64,000 bases of DNA, taken from NCBI RefSeq assembly GCF_009914755.1, contig NC_060927.1, one strand, 5' to 3'. Numbering within the stretch: position 1 is the first letter of the stretch; the number at the start of each line of letters is the position of its first letter. Origin of the DNA: the human T2T-CHM13v2.0 reference genome, Homo sapiens. Below are positions 1 through 15,568 of this stretch, piece by piece. A model generated the notes under the pieces. It did not search any database, had not been told where the DNA came from, and worked only from the letters and a program-made list of their open reading frames with translations. Made by a program: the position numbers and the translations under genes.

Positions 1-1987
<1,987 letters not shown>

Positions 1988-2557
1988 TAAAGTTTATGGT
2001 TAAAAAAATATTTAAACATATTTGGGGTTTAAAATAGCCCTTACCACACTTAAGCACAGGCTGCCTTAATACACTTCCTGATAACAAGTGTGTAGGTGTC
2101 TTTGCAACACAGAGAAGTGACAAATAAAAACTTTGCAACAAGGAAAACACAAATCTAGACATGACTGTTTCATCTCTGTGTAATAATCTCTCTAAATGAA
2201 AGAATATCACAGAAATGGAGAAATGTCCAGGACATACCATCAGAGGAATCTGCCCCTTCCTCACTTGGAATGTATTTCTGCAGTCAACAAGTAAATTTGG
2301 TTCACAAGTGATTCCCTAAAATTTCTAGTTGCTCCCAGTGTTTTTATATGAGTGCCGTTACTACAACTTCGAAATATGCTGGCCATAAAGAAAACATTAT
2401 TAAAATTACACAAAAGCAACAAAATCAAATCCCAACCACTTACAGTTCTGTATTTATCTCCTTTCTTCAGGGAAATGTCAACCCTTCAGAAGCTCAGCCT
2501 TTGTAATTACATACTGACTTCAGTCAGGTGGGAGGAATCCAAAGTCTCAAAACCTTC

Positions 2558-2736
2558 ACAGCGGCTTCTAATCCTGGTGTGCATTGGAATCACCTGGAGA
2601 ACCTTTTATTCAATAGTAGCCATGACTCCTCTCTAGAATCTAAACTAATTGATCTGGGGAGGGGCCCCTAATAATAGAATGCTCTCAAAGCTCCCCAGGT
2701 GATTTTCATATTGCAATCAGGTCTAAGAAGCCCTGT
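2558..2736. mobile_element. MER5A-like hAT-Charlie MITE
   Basis: Contains tgcattggaatcacctggaga and aagctccccaggtgatt, the paired internal motifs typical of MER5A. Confidence 0.7.
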
Positions 2737-3206
2737 TCTAAACTTAATATATATTCAAACTGAAATAAGACATCTTGGCTCTTAATTTCTTTAACATCAA
2801 CTGTTAATTTTTATATAGAAAACAGGCATTTAAAGGTTTAGCAACTGAAGTCATTGCCGCAAAAATTAAGTGGTATCCTTAGTTTCAGAATTTTTTGCCA
2901 ACTGACATGTTAAATGAACCAGAAAACATTCACCTACATTCTTACTCTGTAATGATGAGAATCAGAAGACGGACTAGACTCGCTAAAAGCGAATCCCAGC
3001 TCCTCAGAATTTCCTCAGCTGGATTTGAGAAAGTATGAGTCTTTACTGATTTGTCCTATTTCAACATCTCACTTTACTAAAAGCCTTGAGTGACTTGCCA
3101 CCACCCACTTCTGTTAGCACTCAACAAAATAAGATGAAGAAAGAGGGTTGTGCTGGGAAATGTTTAACTAGTTCTCTTGGGGTGAGATGGGGCACTTAGG
3201 GGATTG

Positions 3207-3356
3207 CAGTGTTTGCTGATTTCCATGGCACATACACTCCTACTCCCACTGTAGTCAATTTTAAGCTATATTGACAGCTTAACAACTGGCTTGCAAAATT
3301 TTTTGAAAATTTCACAATTTCCTGAGCCAGTATAAGCCAGGTCCAGCATTCCACTG
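3207..3356 (-). mobile_element. MER63-like hAT DNA element
   Basis: ttaacaactggcttgcaaaatt...gagccagtataagccaggtccagcattccactg resembles the reverse complement of the MER63 5' end. A related copy lies at ~41350. Confidence 0.55.
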
Positions 3357-3658
3357 TGAAATTACTAACATGTTTGTGTATCAGAGTCCTTGCTTGGCAA
3401 GAATTGACATTTAGTTGCATCTATCTTATTACTTGACATATCTCCCTATGAATATCAATTTGAAATTTTTGATTCACAATTGACATGAAGAACATTTCCC
3501 AGCGGAGGCTATACTTTAACTATGTTTTATCCACAATTGGGGTTCAATAATTCAGAGGGAAGAGGGTAAAATAGATAAGATTTTAGTGACTTTAAGAGAG
3601 AAACCATCAAAAGAAAGAACTTCTATGATGAGCTGGATTCAGCAGTAAACCCTAAGAA

Positions 3659-3728
3659 GGAAGGTAGGCAGTTCTTCTATAATAGGAGATGTGGCATCTT
3701 GAAGGCCTAATTGAGCTGGATGGGCCAT
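3659..3728 (-). pseudogene. MT-CO2: NUMT: 5' fragment of mitochondrial cytochrome c oxidase subunit II
   Basis: Reverse complement from 3728 reads ATG GCC CAT CCA GCT CAA TTA GGC CTT CAA GAT GCC ACA TCT CCT ATT ATA GAA GAA CTG CCT ACC TTC = MAHPAQLGLQDATSPIMEELPTF (mitochondrial code). Human COX2 begins MAHAAQVGLQDATSPIMEELITF. Confidence 0.95.
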
Positions 3729-3791
3729 TAAGATATACCAGGTTTAATCTGTAACTTTGACAAAGTTATGAAATAATTTTACTAATATCTT
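3729..3791 (-). pseudogene. MT-TD: NUMT: mitochondrial tRNA-Asp pseudogene with a small internal deletion
   Basis: taagatatac...taactttgacaaagttatgaaat...ctaatatctt is the reverse complement of mt-tRNA-Asp (GTC anticodon loop ctttgtcaaag). It abuts the COX2 ATG as in mtDNA. Confidence 0.92.
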
Positions 3792-3794
3792 ATC

Positions 3795-3854
3795 AAAAAA
3801 GTCATAGAGGTTATGGGATTGGCTTGAAACCAGTTTTTGGGGGTTCAATTCCTT
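3795..3854 (+). pseudogene. MT-TS1: NUMT: mitochondrial tRNA-Ser(UCN) pseudogene, 3' acceptor strand missing
   Basis: aaaaagtcatagaggttatgggattggcttgaaaccagtttttgggggttcaattcctt matches mt-tRNA-Ser(UCN). TGA anticodon at 3825-3827. It lies on the opposite strand to tRNA-Asp and COX2, as in mtDNA. Confidence 0.93.
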
Positions 3855-4111
3855 GTCAGAGGAATTGAACTTCCTATGTCAGAGATGTCACGCTATTGTT
3901 AGTAGAGTTCAGAATGAACACAGATATGGAAAGTTATTTAGATCCAGCTCATTTGTGCAAGGGGAAGAAAAAAAATTGTATCAATGAGCTAAATGGTCTG
4001 CATCACTAAATTCAGTGTCAAATATGCTACAGGCTCCACTATGAAAAGCCGGAGGAGGATCCATTCTCTTTACTTTTGAGAGCAAAAGACCATCAAAAGA
4101 GCTGATAATCA

Positions 4112-4412
4112 GGCCAGGTACGGTGGCTCATGCCTGTATTCCCAGCACTTTGGGAGGCCTAGGTGGGCAGATCACTTGAGGTCAGGAGTTTGAGACCAGC
4201 CTGGCCAACATGGTGAAACCCCGTCTCTACTAAAAATACAAAAATTAGCTGGGTGTGATGGCACACACCTGTAATCCTAGCTACTAGGGAGGCTGAGGCA
4301 GAAGAATTGCTTGAACCCTGAAGGTGGAGGTTACGGTGAGCTGAGATCGCGCCACTGCACTCCAGAGCCTGGGTGACAGAGTGAGACTCCGTCTCAAAAA
4401 CAAAACAAAAAA
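4112..4412 (+). mobile_element. AluS element
   Basis: Full dimer with A-rich tail. Degenerate TSD aaaagagctgataatca / aaaagggttggtaatca. Confidence 0.96.
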
Positions 4413-4611
4413 GGGTTGGTAATCAGAATAGTTAGCTGGAAAAGGTTAAGAGTTCTCAGGTCTTTGGTAGGGACTGGAGTTTCAGAGTAAAGCAGTCAGA
4501 GACTTAGAGCTATCAGGATCCAGCTTAACTATCAATAGATTAATATTACATGGCTAGGGACATACAGGTAATTTACATTTCACCCTCCCTCTCCTGCAAT
4601 TGCATGTATAG

Positions 4612-4815
4612 GCAGACTAGCATAGTGCTCAAGAGTACACTCAGTATCAGTCTAATTCCCAACTCCACCACTTAATATCTATGTGACCTTGGAACATTTC
4701 TCTGTGTACTAGTTTTCTCCTCTATAAAATGTAGATAATGATAGTACCCACTTCATTGGGTTATTACAAGATTTAAATAAGATAATATGTGCAAAACATT
4801 CAGCATAATGCCTTC
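4612..4815 (+). mobile_element. MIR SINE
   Basis: MIR core tgtgaccttgg...ttttctcctctataaaatgtagataatgatagtaccc...aaataagataatatgtgcaaaaca. Confidence 0.75.
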
Positions 4816-4884
4816 ATGGAACATTTTATTATTTTTGGCTAGTGGCCATGAAGAAAACATGGGCAAAAGATAACATAGGTGAGG

Positions 4885-5020
4885 TATACAGCATCATCCG
4901 CACTTGAAGGAAAAATATGTTAAAGAAATGAAATATCTCACCCAAGATCAGATAGTTAGCAAATTGTAATTTAGAATTTGAACGTGAATCAGCCTGACCC
5001 TGAAGCTTCTGTTTTTCCCA
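4885..5020 (-). mobile_element. MIR SINE fragment
   Basis: cccaagatcagatagttagcaaattg...agaatttgaacgtgaatcagcctgaccctgaagc matches the antisense MIR core. Confidence 0.6.
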
Positions 5021-5239
5021 TACGTGTGTGGGAAAATGTCCTGTCTCCCAATGGGGGAAGACATAATAGTGCAAATGGATTATCCAGGATGCTTACCTAT
5101 CTTGGGGGTGGTTTGGATGACAAATATAATGCTAAGTTGTTGTTTTTTTATATAAAGAAGGATCAGATTTAGGACAGGGACACAAGCAATAAAGAATCCC
5201 TTCTAAACCCTGATTAAAGGAAAATGTCTTTTGTTATAT

Positions 5240-6682
5240 AATTTCCACTTTTATTTTAGATTCAGGGGTACATGTGCAGGTTTGGTACATGAGTATATTG
5301 AATGATGTTGAGATTTATTATGATTGTTCCCATCACCCAGGTACTGGGTATAGTACCCAATAGTTTTTCAATCCTTATCCCATCCTCCCCCTTCCCTCCC
5401 TGCTCTAGTAGTCCCCAGTGTGTATTGTTGCCATCTTTATGTTCATGAGTACCCTATGTTTAGCTCCTACTTATAAGTGAGAACATGCAGTATTTGATTT
5501 TCTCTTCCTGAATTAATTTGCTTAGGATAATGGCATCCAGCTACACCCATGTTGCTGCAAAGGACATAATTTCATTCTTTTCATGGCTGCATAGTATTCC
5601 ATAGTATAAATATACCATATTTTCTTTATCCAATCCACCACTTATGGGCACCTAGGTTGATTCCATGTTTGCTATTATGAATAGTGCTGCAATGAACATA
5701 TGAGTACATGTGTCTTTTTGGTAGAATGATTTATTTTCTTTTGGACATTTACCCAATAATGAGATTGCTGGGTCAAATGGTAGTTCTAAGTTATTTGAGA
5801 AATCTCCAAACTGCTTTCCACAGTGACTGAACTAATTTACATTCCCACCAACAGTATTTAAGTGTTTCCTTTTCTTCACAACATCACCAGCTTCTGTTGT
5901 TTTTTGAACTTTTAGTAATTGCCATTCTGATTGGTATGAATAGTATCTCACTGTGGTTTTGATTTGCATTTATGATAGTAATGTTGAGCATTTTTTCATA
6001 TGTTTTTGGCTGCTTGTATGTCTTCTTTTCAGAAGTGACTGTTCGTGTCTTTTGCCCATTTTTTAATGGGGTTGTTTTTTGTTTGTTCAATTGTTTAAGT
6101 TCCTTATAGATTCCAGATATTAGACTTTTGTTTGATGCATCATTTGTGAATATTTTCTTCTATTCTGCAGGTTGTTTGTTTATTCTGTTGATGGTTTCTT
6201 TGGCTGTGCAGAAGCCCTTTATTATAGTTAGGCCCCACTTATCAATTTTTGTTTCTGTTGTCATTGCTATTGAGGATTTAATCATATATTCTTTCCCAAG
6301 ACCAATACCCAGAAATGATGTTTCCTAGGTCTTTTTCTAGGATTCTCATAGTTTGAGGCCTTACATTTAAATATTTAATCCATCTTTAGCTAATTTTTAT
6401 ATATGGTGAGAAGTAGGTGTCCAGTTTCATTCTTCTGCATATAGCTAGACAGTTTTTCCAGCAACGTTTATTAAGTAAGAAGTCCTTTCCTCAGTGCTTA
6501 TTTTTGTTAACTTTGTCAACAATCAGATGGCTGCAGATGTAAAGCTTTATTTCTGGGTTTTCTATTCTGTTCCATTGGTCTATGTGTCTGTTTTTATGCC
6601 AGTACCATGCTGCTTTGGTTACTGTAGATTTATAGTATAGTTTGAGGTCAGGTAATGTGATGCCTCCAGGTTTGTTCTTTTT
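5240..6682 (-). mobile_element. Old primate L1 (L1PA15-17/L1PB-like), 3' UTR and end of ORF2
   Basis: Antisense 3' end ttttattttagattcaggggtacatgtgcaggttt. Minus-strand ORF 6491..6787 includes [37 protein letters not shown]. Confidence 0.92.
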
Positions 6683-7858
<1,176 letters not shown>

Positions 7859-8568
7859 TCCAGGAGCCTTTTGGCAGAGTCTTTAGGGTTTTCTAGGTAT
7901 AGAAGCATATCATTAGCAGAGATAGTTTAACTTCATTTTCTATATGAATGCCTTTTCTTTCTCTTGCCTGATTGCTCTGCCTAGGACTGCCAGTCCTATG
8001 TTGAATAGGAGTGATGAGAGTAGGCATCCTTGTCTTGTTCCAATTCTCAAGGGGAATGCTTTCAGTTTTGCCTGCTCAGTATGATGTTGGCTGTGGGTTT
8101 GTCATAGATGGCTCTTATGATTTTGAGGCATGTTTCTTTGATGCCTTGGTTCTTGAAGCTTTTTTATTATGAAGGGAAGTTGGATTTTATTAAAAGGTTT
8201 TTCAATGTCTTTTGAGATGATCATTTTTTTTTTGTTGTTTTTAGTTCTGCTTATATGATGAGTCACGTTTATTGATTAGTGTATGTTGAACCAAACTTGC
8301 ATCCAAGCAATGAAACCTACTTGATCATGGTGAATTAACTTTTTGATGTGCTGATGGGTTTGGTTAGCTAGGATTTTGTTGAGGATTTTTGCATCTGCGT
8401 TCATCAGGGATAGTGGCCTGTAGTTTTCCTTTTTCATTGTGTCTTTGCCAGCGTTTGGTATCAGAGTGATGCTGGCTTCATAGAATGAGTTAGGGAGGAG
8501 TTGCTCCTCCTCAGTTTTTTTTTTTTTTTTTTTTTTTTGGAATAGTTTCAGTAGAACTGCTACTGGCT
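7859..8568 (-). mobile_element. Continuation of the old primate L1 (ORF2)
   Basis: Minus-strand ORF 8276..8659 contains [14 protein letters not shown]...[22 protein letters not shown]. Confidence 0.9.
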
Positions 8569-8693
8569 TAGAGACAAATTTCTGCAGCAGAATTTCATTC
8601 TTTTGTTCCCACACTTCTCCTCTGCAGGCATTGCATTTCTCCATCCAGGGCATAAGCAAGAGTCAAAACATGTAGCTTCAACAGCAAGCTATT

Positions 8694-9016
8694 GGCTAGG
8701 TGCCGTGGCTCACGCCTCTATTCCCAGCACTTTGGGAGGCCGAGGCGGGCGGATCACAAGGTCAGAAGATCGAGACCATCCTGGCTAACACGGTGAAACC
8801 CCTGTCTCTACTATACAAAATACAAAAAAAATTTAGCCGGGCATGGCGGCGCGCGCCTGTAGTCCAGCTAGTCGGGAGGCTGAAGCAGGAGAATGGCGTG
8901 AACCCAGGAGGCGGAGCTTGCAGCGAGCGGAGATCGCTCAACTGCACTCCAGCCTGGGCGACAGAGCGAGACTCCGTCTCAAAAACAAAACAAAAACAAA
9001 CAAACAAACAAAAAAA
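8694..9016 (+). mobile_element. AluY element
   Basis: AluY diagnostics gatcgagaccatcctggctaacacgg and ggagcttgcag. Perfect TSD cagcaagctatt (8682-8693, 9020-9031). Confidence 0.96.
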
Positions 9017-9528
9017 CCCCAGCAAGCTATTGCTTATTCTGCATGGATGGGGGCTTTGTGTTCCATCATTCTTACTCACAGACCCAGAGGTTCTGCTTCA
9101 CGCCCTGGCAAGTGGCAGTAGCTTATCAGCCAGGCAGCTGCTTTTCTCTACTGCCATTCTGGCCATCCTCTTCTTTGTTTTTGCTTCCCAGAAATAATAA
9201 TGTACACCCTGTCCCTAAATGTAAGTGGTCAGATAAATTTGGCAAGTTCTAAAGTAAACAAACTGTAATATCAGAACCTTTAATATTTTAATGCACATTA
9301 GGTATATTTAAGAGGGAATGTAATATGCAACATTTGGAAATACTGCTTTGAAAACGCAGAGTGCTTATTGCCCAACCATACCATTTTCATCAACCTTCAT
9401 GATCTTCTGAAGATGGTAGTTTCCATTCCTTTGCCCTTCTCCTAACCGATCAGTCCTGCAAACCAGCCCCACTAGCAAAAATATTCCATTAATAGCTGAA
9501 ACCATAGTTCTTGCCCAATGAATTATAA

Positions 9529-9866
9529 GGTGTGGTGGCTCATGTCTTTAATCCCAGTACTTTAGGAGCCTGAGGCAGGCGGATTGCTTGAGTTCAGGAG
9601 CTTTAGACCAGCCTGGGCAACATGGTAAAACCCTGTCTCAACCACAACAACGACAACGACAACAACAAGAAAAATACAAAAATTAGCTGGGTGTGATGGT
9701 GTGCACCTGTAGTCTCAGCTACTTGGAAGGCTGAAGTGGGAAGATCATTTAAGCCCAAGAGGTTGAGGCTGCAGCGAGCTGCGACTGTGCCACTGCACTC
9801 TAGGCTGGACAACAAAGCAAGACCCTGTCTCAAAAACCAAACAACAAACAAACAAATAAACAAAAC
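9529..9866 (+). mobile_element. AluJ element with an expanded (CAA/CGA)n middle linker
   Basis: ggattgcttgagttcaggag, cctgggcaacatgg and gaggctgcag are AluJ-type positions. Confidence 0.92.
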
Positions 9867-12800
9867 CTCCGCAATAACTCTACAATAAGGAAACTCCATG
9901 AATGTGGTACAAAGCATTAGAGTAGCTTCCTATCTGAAGTTGAATTTATAATTCATCTTTCACTTTGACAAAAAATTTGTATGAAACAAAGAACAGAACT
10001 TTCAAAGCATATCTGAAATATGTGGATAGCTTGTTAATTGGATAATAAACTCTTGAGATAGTTTCAATAATGAACAGCACTTTTTATTTCGATTAGGGTA
10101 TAAACCAACATACTGAAAGTGATACAAACTGATTGTTCAGAATAAAGAAATAATAATGTGATTAACTGGAGAAGGCAGACCTAGAGCAACATTAATCTGT
10201 TTAGAAGCACAATTTAAGTCCCAATTGCATATTTCTTTTTCACTGGGAAATTTTATATCCATTTTTCCCCTCTCTTATTATTTGCTCTTTACAGACAGGC
10301 TGGAATACTTCTGGTTTAATTTTATCAGACTTTAAATGGCCTAACTTTTATTCTTATACCATTGTGTTATGAATAATCTGAGGCCGTTTCACATGTTATT
10401 GAACCTTCTTGTTTTACCTTTTGCATAGGTTGTCTGTGCTTAATTTGAATGAAAGCTGTATTTCTTCAACCTTGAATTGTGAGACTATTGGAACTTCTTT
10501 CAGCTGAAAGATTTATTTCCCTTTGTTTAGAAAAGATAGGGAGTGATAAAAATGTTAAGTAAATATATCCTCTTAATAACAGTCATATCAAGTAATAATT
10601 GTACTGATGAATAGTAGTTAATACTAGTTAAGTTCAATATTATGTTAATATATAATATAATGTCATGTTAACTTACTTTACCTGGAGATAAATCAAGTTG
10701 CTAAAATATAGGGGGATGGAAGACTGATAAAATATTGTATTCTGCACCGGCCCTGAATGGTGAGCTATATCTTCTGTCAAAATGATTAAAAGTGATGATA
10801 AGTTATCTATTGCCTCATTTACTTAACTAATATGAAGATAATAAGGTTTATGTTTATTTGTTTGATTAATTGTATTGCGCTTCTCTGTACCCAGAGCTGG
10901 GGTTAAATAAAAAACGTCTTTAAAAAAAATAATCACTCCCCTTAATGATGAGTTTAATGCAAGGTCCTATATATATCAAATAGGAACACACACAGCTGCG
11001 GTGGTTTTCCCCAGATGGATAACTATTGTTCAACTCATGCAATTCAAGAAACGTTTGAAGTCCTAAATTTTGTGTATAAATATTTCTTTTCAGGAAAGAT
11101 ATGGTAGATGATTTTCTCATTTTGGAAATGACAGCATTTTGCTATTTATAAAGAAATAAGCCCTGAAAAAAAAGATCTTTATAATTTTACAAAACGTATT
11201 GCCACCATTACTTATTTATGGACTTGCTAATGGTAATGTTTGGCTAAAATGCTATCAATACCTAAGGGGAGATGTAGCACATACTTACTAATTAATAGGT
11301 ATTCTTATCACAAAATGATCATGCTACAGATTGACTCTGCTTGTTGCATTCAGTAAAGCCTTAAAATAAAGCAGGCATGGACTATACTAGTTATGGTAGG
11401 TATTTTACATGGTAAGCTACCACTAAAATAATGTATTTTTAATACTTTTTAGTGCTGGGAAAGAGGAGTTCTGATAAGGGTGAGACTGAGAGTGAAGGCA
11501 GTGTCCTTGCTTTATGGGAGGCTAGGAATTAAAAAAAAAACCCTGAATTCCTGATTCAAAAAGTTCAAAGTTCATCTAAATAACAATTGTACTGTTAAAG
11601 AGTCAGGGACAAACAATGAATTAAAACCTGTGTTCATAGTAAAAAGAGTGAGGAGGAACTATATATTAAATATAAATCTATAGGCAAAGCTAACATAGGG
11701 TTTTAAAATGTCATTTAAAGTGATAGTTTTATTTTTCACTAAAGACTGCAAAGAAGTATATTTTCATTTAATTAACTTGCAGCCTCAGTAATAAACATTG
11801 GAACAGGACATTATAAAATAGTAAGCTGAAACTAAGATGTGCTAAATGCAAAATGATTTTATCTAATGTTTTCAGAGATGCTCTTTAAAAAGGCTTTACC
11901 ACGTCTTATCTACTTCTCACCTCACTATCTTGCCTTTGCCTAGCAACAATGTAACATTAAATTCTTTGCTGCTCTGGAACAAATATTGCCTTACTATTTG
12001 TTTTCTATCTTTATGATCTGCAATTTGGTTGTTAAAATTATTTGGCAAATGCTTTTGCTTTACTACAGATGGAAGGGGCAGGCATTTATGGTTTGATGTA
12101 AGCGCAAGCCAGAATAATAATTGTGTTAGCGATGGCAAGAGTCACTGAACCAGTGTGGACAAAACAAAATGTTTGAATGAGTTACTGGCTGACTAACATG
12201 AAATGTCAACTTCCTCAGCAAAGTTCAGCAGAAAATGAAAATAATTTGAAGGAAAAATATATATGTTGCATGAAAAGCCTTTGAAAAGACGGGCTTCACT
12301 ATGTGAACTGAGTATTAACAAATGAAGCATCTCAAGAATGCTAACAAGGAACATAGTTACCCATGTATATTTCTGTGCTGACCTAGCATCTAAACCAACT
12401 TGCATGCAATGTAATTTAACACTTGAAGATCACAGCTCTGTTGGGCATTGCACTGATCGGTGGAAAATAACAGTAGTAGCTACTTACTCATCACTCTGTC
12501 CCGTGCACCCTCCCCCCGCCAAAATTCCAAAAGATTCACTCTAATATTCTAAAAGCAACTGGTCACTTACAATTAAACCTATTTATCACCCCCAAGGAGT
12601 TTATTATATAACTTGCTGTTGACCTTGCTTACATAGTTAGTGTTTGTGTGAAGGTATGCTTGTTATCTTAGTAGAAAAGTTCTTACTGTAAGAAAAGTAA
12701 AAACAATACCTCTTTGTGCGTTTCTTCAGTACTAGATATAATAAAGGAAGACTGAAGTCTATTTGATGTGTATGTCTTTTTCTTTTTCTGTTTTGGTTTC

Positions 12801-13112
12801 TGGACAAAAAAAATTCTTTTTTATTTCCTAAATAGAAAAACTAAGACCTTATATCTTTAATTTATCAAAAGTCTGATTTATGTTTCTCATACTGCATTTG
12901 TACTTCTTAAATGTATATGCTTAAAAACATATTAAAAACTCTTTTAATGGACCCCTCAAAGACACAATGTTCTCTGTCCATTCTGATATGATCTGAACTC
13001 CTTAGTGCTAAAGAAATGTGGATTTTAATTTTGCTTATCTTCACTGTAAGTAGTCTTCAAAATGGTAAGGAAGCAAAATCACCTTTTAATAGACATTTAA
13101 AAATTAGTTTCT

Positions 13113-13443
<331 letters not shown>

Positions 13444-13515
13444 CTAGTACATAGTAACCCATTTCTCTCTTCCACTTTTGTAATATATATTTTGTACTTG
13501 CTGTTAACTATATCA

Positions 13516-13553
13516 ATACACATGCACGCACACACACACACACACACACACAC
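13516..13553. repeat. (CA)n microsatellite
   Basis: Seen directly in the sequence. Confidence 0.95.
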
Positions 13554-14339
13554 AAATAATTTGAAGGGACAGGTGTGGGAAACTCATTTTATTGTCCCAT
13601 TACCTTTAACTTTCCAGAAATTTACAGGATGTTCTATTTCTCAGAGTTCTATCACTCAGAGTGAGTGATCGAAAAATTTATATTCAGAAAACATGTCAGA
13701 GGGAAGGAAGAAGTGAAGGTGTGAGGAAAGGGACAGGAAGGGAGAGGAAGGATGAAAATTACACTATCCTAAAATAGAGACCAAAATCATTTGTTTATCT
13801 CATTATGGAACTTGGCTAAGCCATCTGAGTTCTGATATATAAGGAAAAAATATGAAATGTTAAAAGCAAGTTATTCTCTCTACTTTGTTGTATGCTGGAA
13901 ATTTTCCATAATAAATGTTCATGAAAAATTATTCTAAATCCCAAGTCTATAAATTTTTGAAAAAAATTTTTGAAAAATTTTTGAAAAAAAATTTATACAG
14001 TAGATTTCCACACTTTCTTCCTTAGCTGAGATTTCAGTGGACCACATCGGACAGAGCAAATATTCAAATTACTATAATTAAAAATGAAATATAATGATCA
14101 AAACTAGAAAAATTCATGGGAGTTTGGAGAAAGAACAGATTAGGCTGAAATGGATAAATTGGGAGAATTTTGAATGGAAAGTAGCATTGGGAATGGAATT
14201 TGAAAAACGGTTGGAGGGAGTTTGGAGGATATTTGAAGGAGGAAAAAATTGAGAAAAAACAGAGAAGTGGAAAAATTTTGTGTGGTTACGAGGAAAAGAG
14301 GTTGTCCAGTGTGGCTGGAACACAGGGAACAAAGAGAGA

Positions 14340-14600
14340 AGTACTAAAAAGAATGAATGAGATCTAGTATTTGATAGCACAACAGAGTGACTACAGTCAA
14401 CAATATTGTACATTTAAAAATAACTAAAAGAATATAAATTGGATTGTTTGTAACACAAAGAAAAAATAAATGCTTAAGGTAATTGATACCCCCCTTGCCT
14501 GATGTTATTATTATGCATTGTATTCCTATATTAAAACACCTTATGTGCCCGTTAAATACATGCATCTACTATGTACCCACAAAATTTTTTTAATTTTAAA
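14340..14600 (+). mobile_element. 5'-truncated L1MA 3' end
   Basis: gaatgaatgagatctagtatttgatagcacaacagagtgac...ctactatgtacccacaaaa. Short flanking repeat agaagta. Confidence 0.85.
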
Positions 14601-15119
14601 GAAGTAGGGCTCCCCTTGTGGGGAAGTCTTGAAGGCCAAGGTGATAAAGAGGAAGAATAATGGCTGATATAACCAGTAATTTTTAAAAATCTTGTTTGGA
14701 GAAAGAAATAGCTACAGACAACTACATAAATCCTGCAGGAACAGGTCAGCGAATTATCACAATGCGAACAATGTGAACACCACCAGATTAAAGAATGTAA
14801 CACTACCAGCCACCCCAGAAGCCTCTCTTCCACTGTCTCCCAGTCCTTACACCTCTGCCTGTTTTTGAACATTTTGTGAAAGGAATCATATAGTATGTAC
14901 TCTTTTTATAAGTCTCCTTTCACTAAGCTGTGTTTGACATTCATCTGTTTTGCTTCCTGGTAGCTATATAATTATGCCACTTTCATTGACATTTATTATT
15001 TCACTGCATTAAAATATGCAACTTATTTAATCTATTATTGATGAACATTTGGGGTTTTCAAGTTTGTAGCAAATGTTTATGCCAGCAACTAATGCTGTTG
15101 TTTAATGACAAATTATCTA

Positions 15120-15568
15120 AGTAGAGCATAACCAAATCAGGTGATCTCTTAAAATCATCTGGGCTTTTCCTGGTGAAAGAGATTTAGAATTTGAGGGGGA
15201 TTTTAAGGGAAGGAGATTCTCTGTTGCTGGCTTTGAGATACAAGAGGTCACATGTCAAGGAATGCAGATAGCCTCTGGGAGCTGAGTGGTCCCAGCTACT
15301 GGCCAGTAAGGAAAGAGGGACCTCCGTCCATCAACCCTAGGGACTGAATTCTGCCACAAACTGAATGAACTTGGGTGCATATTCCACCCTAGGTCCTCCA
15401 TTAAAAGAACATAGCCCTGCCAACTCCTTGATTTCAGCCTGTGAGAACCTGAGAGAGGACCCAGCTACTCCATGCCTGGACTTCCAGCCGATAAAACTGA
15501 AATAATAAACAGGAGTTGTTTTAACAAGTTTGTGGTCATTTGTCAGGCAGGAGTAGAAAACCAATACA
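15120..15568 (+). mobile_element. MLT1 (MaLR) LTR
   Basis: aaggaatgcagatagcctctgggagctgag...ctgaattctgccac...gtagaaaaccaataca, with the LTR-type CA end. Confidence 0.8.

Noticed and set aside
2952-3049. C/D-box snoRNA candidate (atgatga...ctga)
   Set aside because: No convincing terminal stem or recognisable guide. Such boxes are common by chance.
3587-3663. Plus-strand exon-like stretch DFKRETIKRKNFYDELDSAVNPKKE with donor aag|gtaggc
   Set aside because: The acceptor lacks a polypyrimidine tract, and the apparent donor is made of NUMT junction sequence.
3729-3854. Functional tRNA genes
   Set aside because: They are mitochondrial-type sequences in nuclear context. tRNA-Asp has a deletion and tRNA-Ser lacks its 3' acceptor strand.
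8700-9197. 165-aa ORF and other Alu-overlapping ORFs (13173, 20209, 21950, 30771, 56263)
   Set aside because: They are translations of Alu sequence (e.g. [22 protein letters not shown]), not genes.
13950-13995. Short A/T repeat array (tttttgaaaaaaa) as a CRISPR-like or iteron structure
   Set aside because: Low-complexity slippage repeat with no spacers, in a eukaryotic context.
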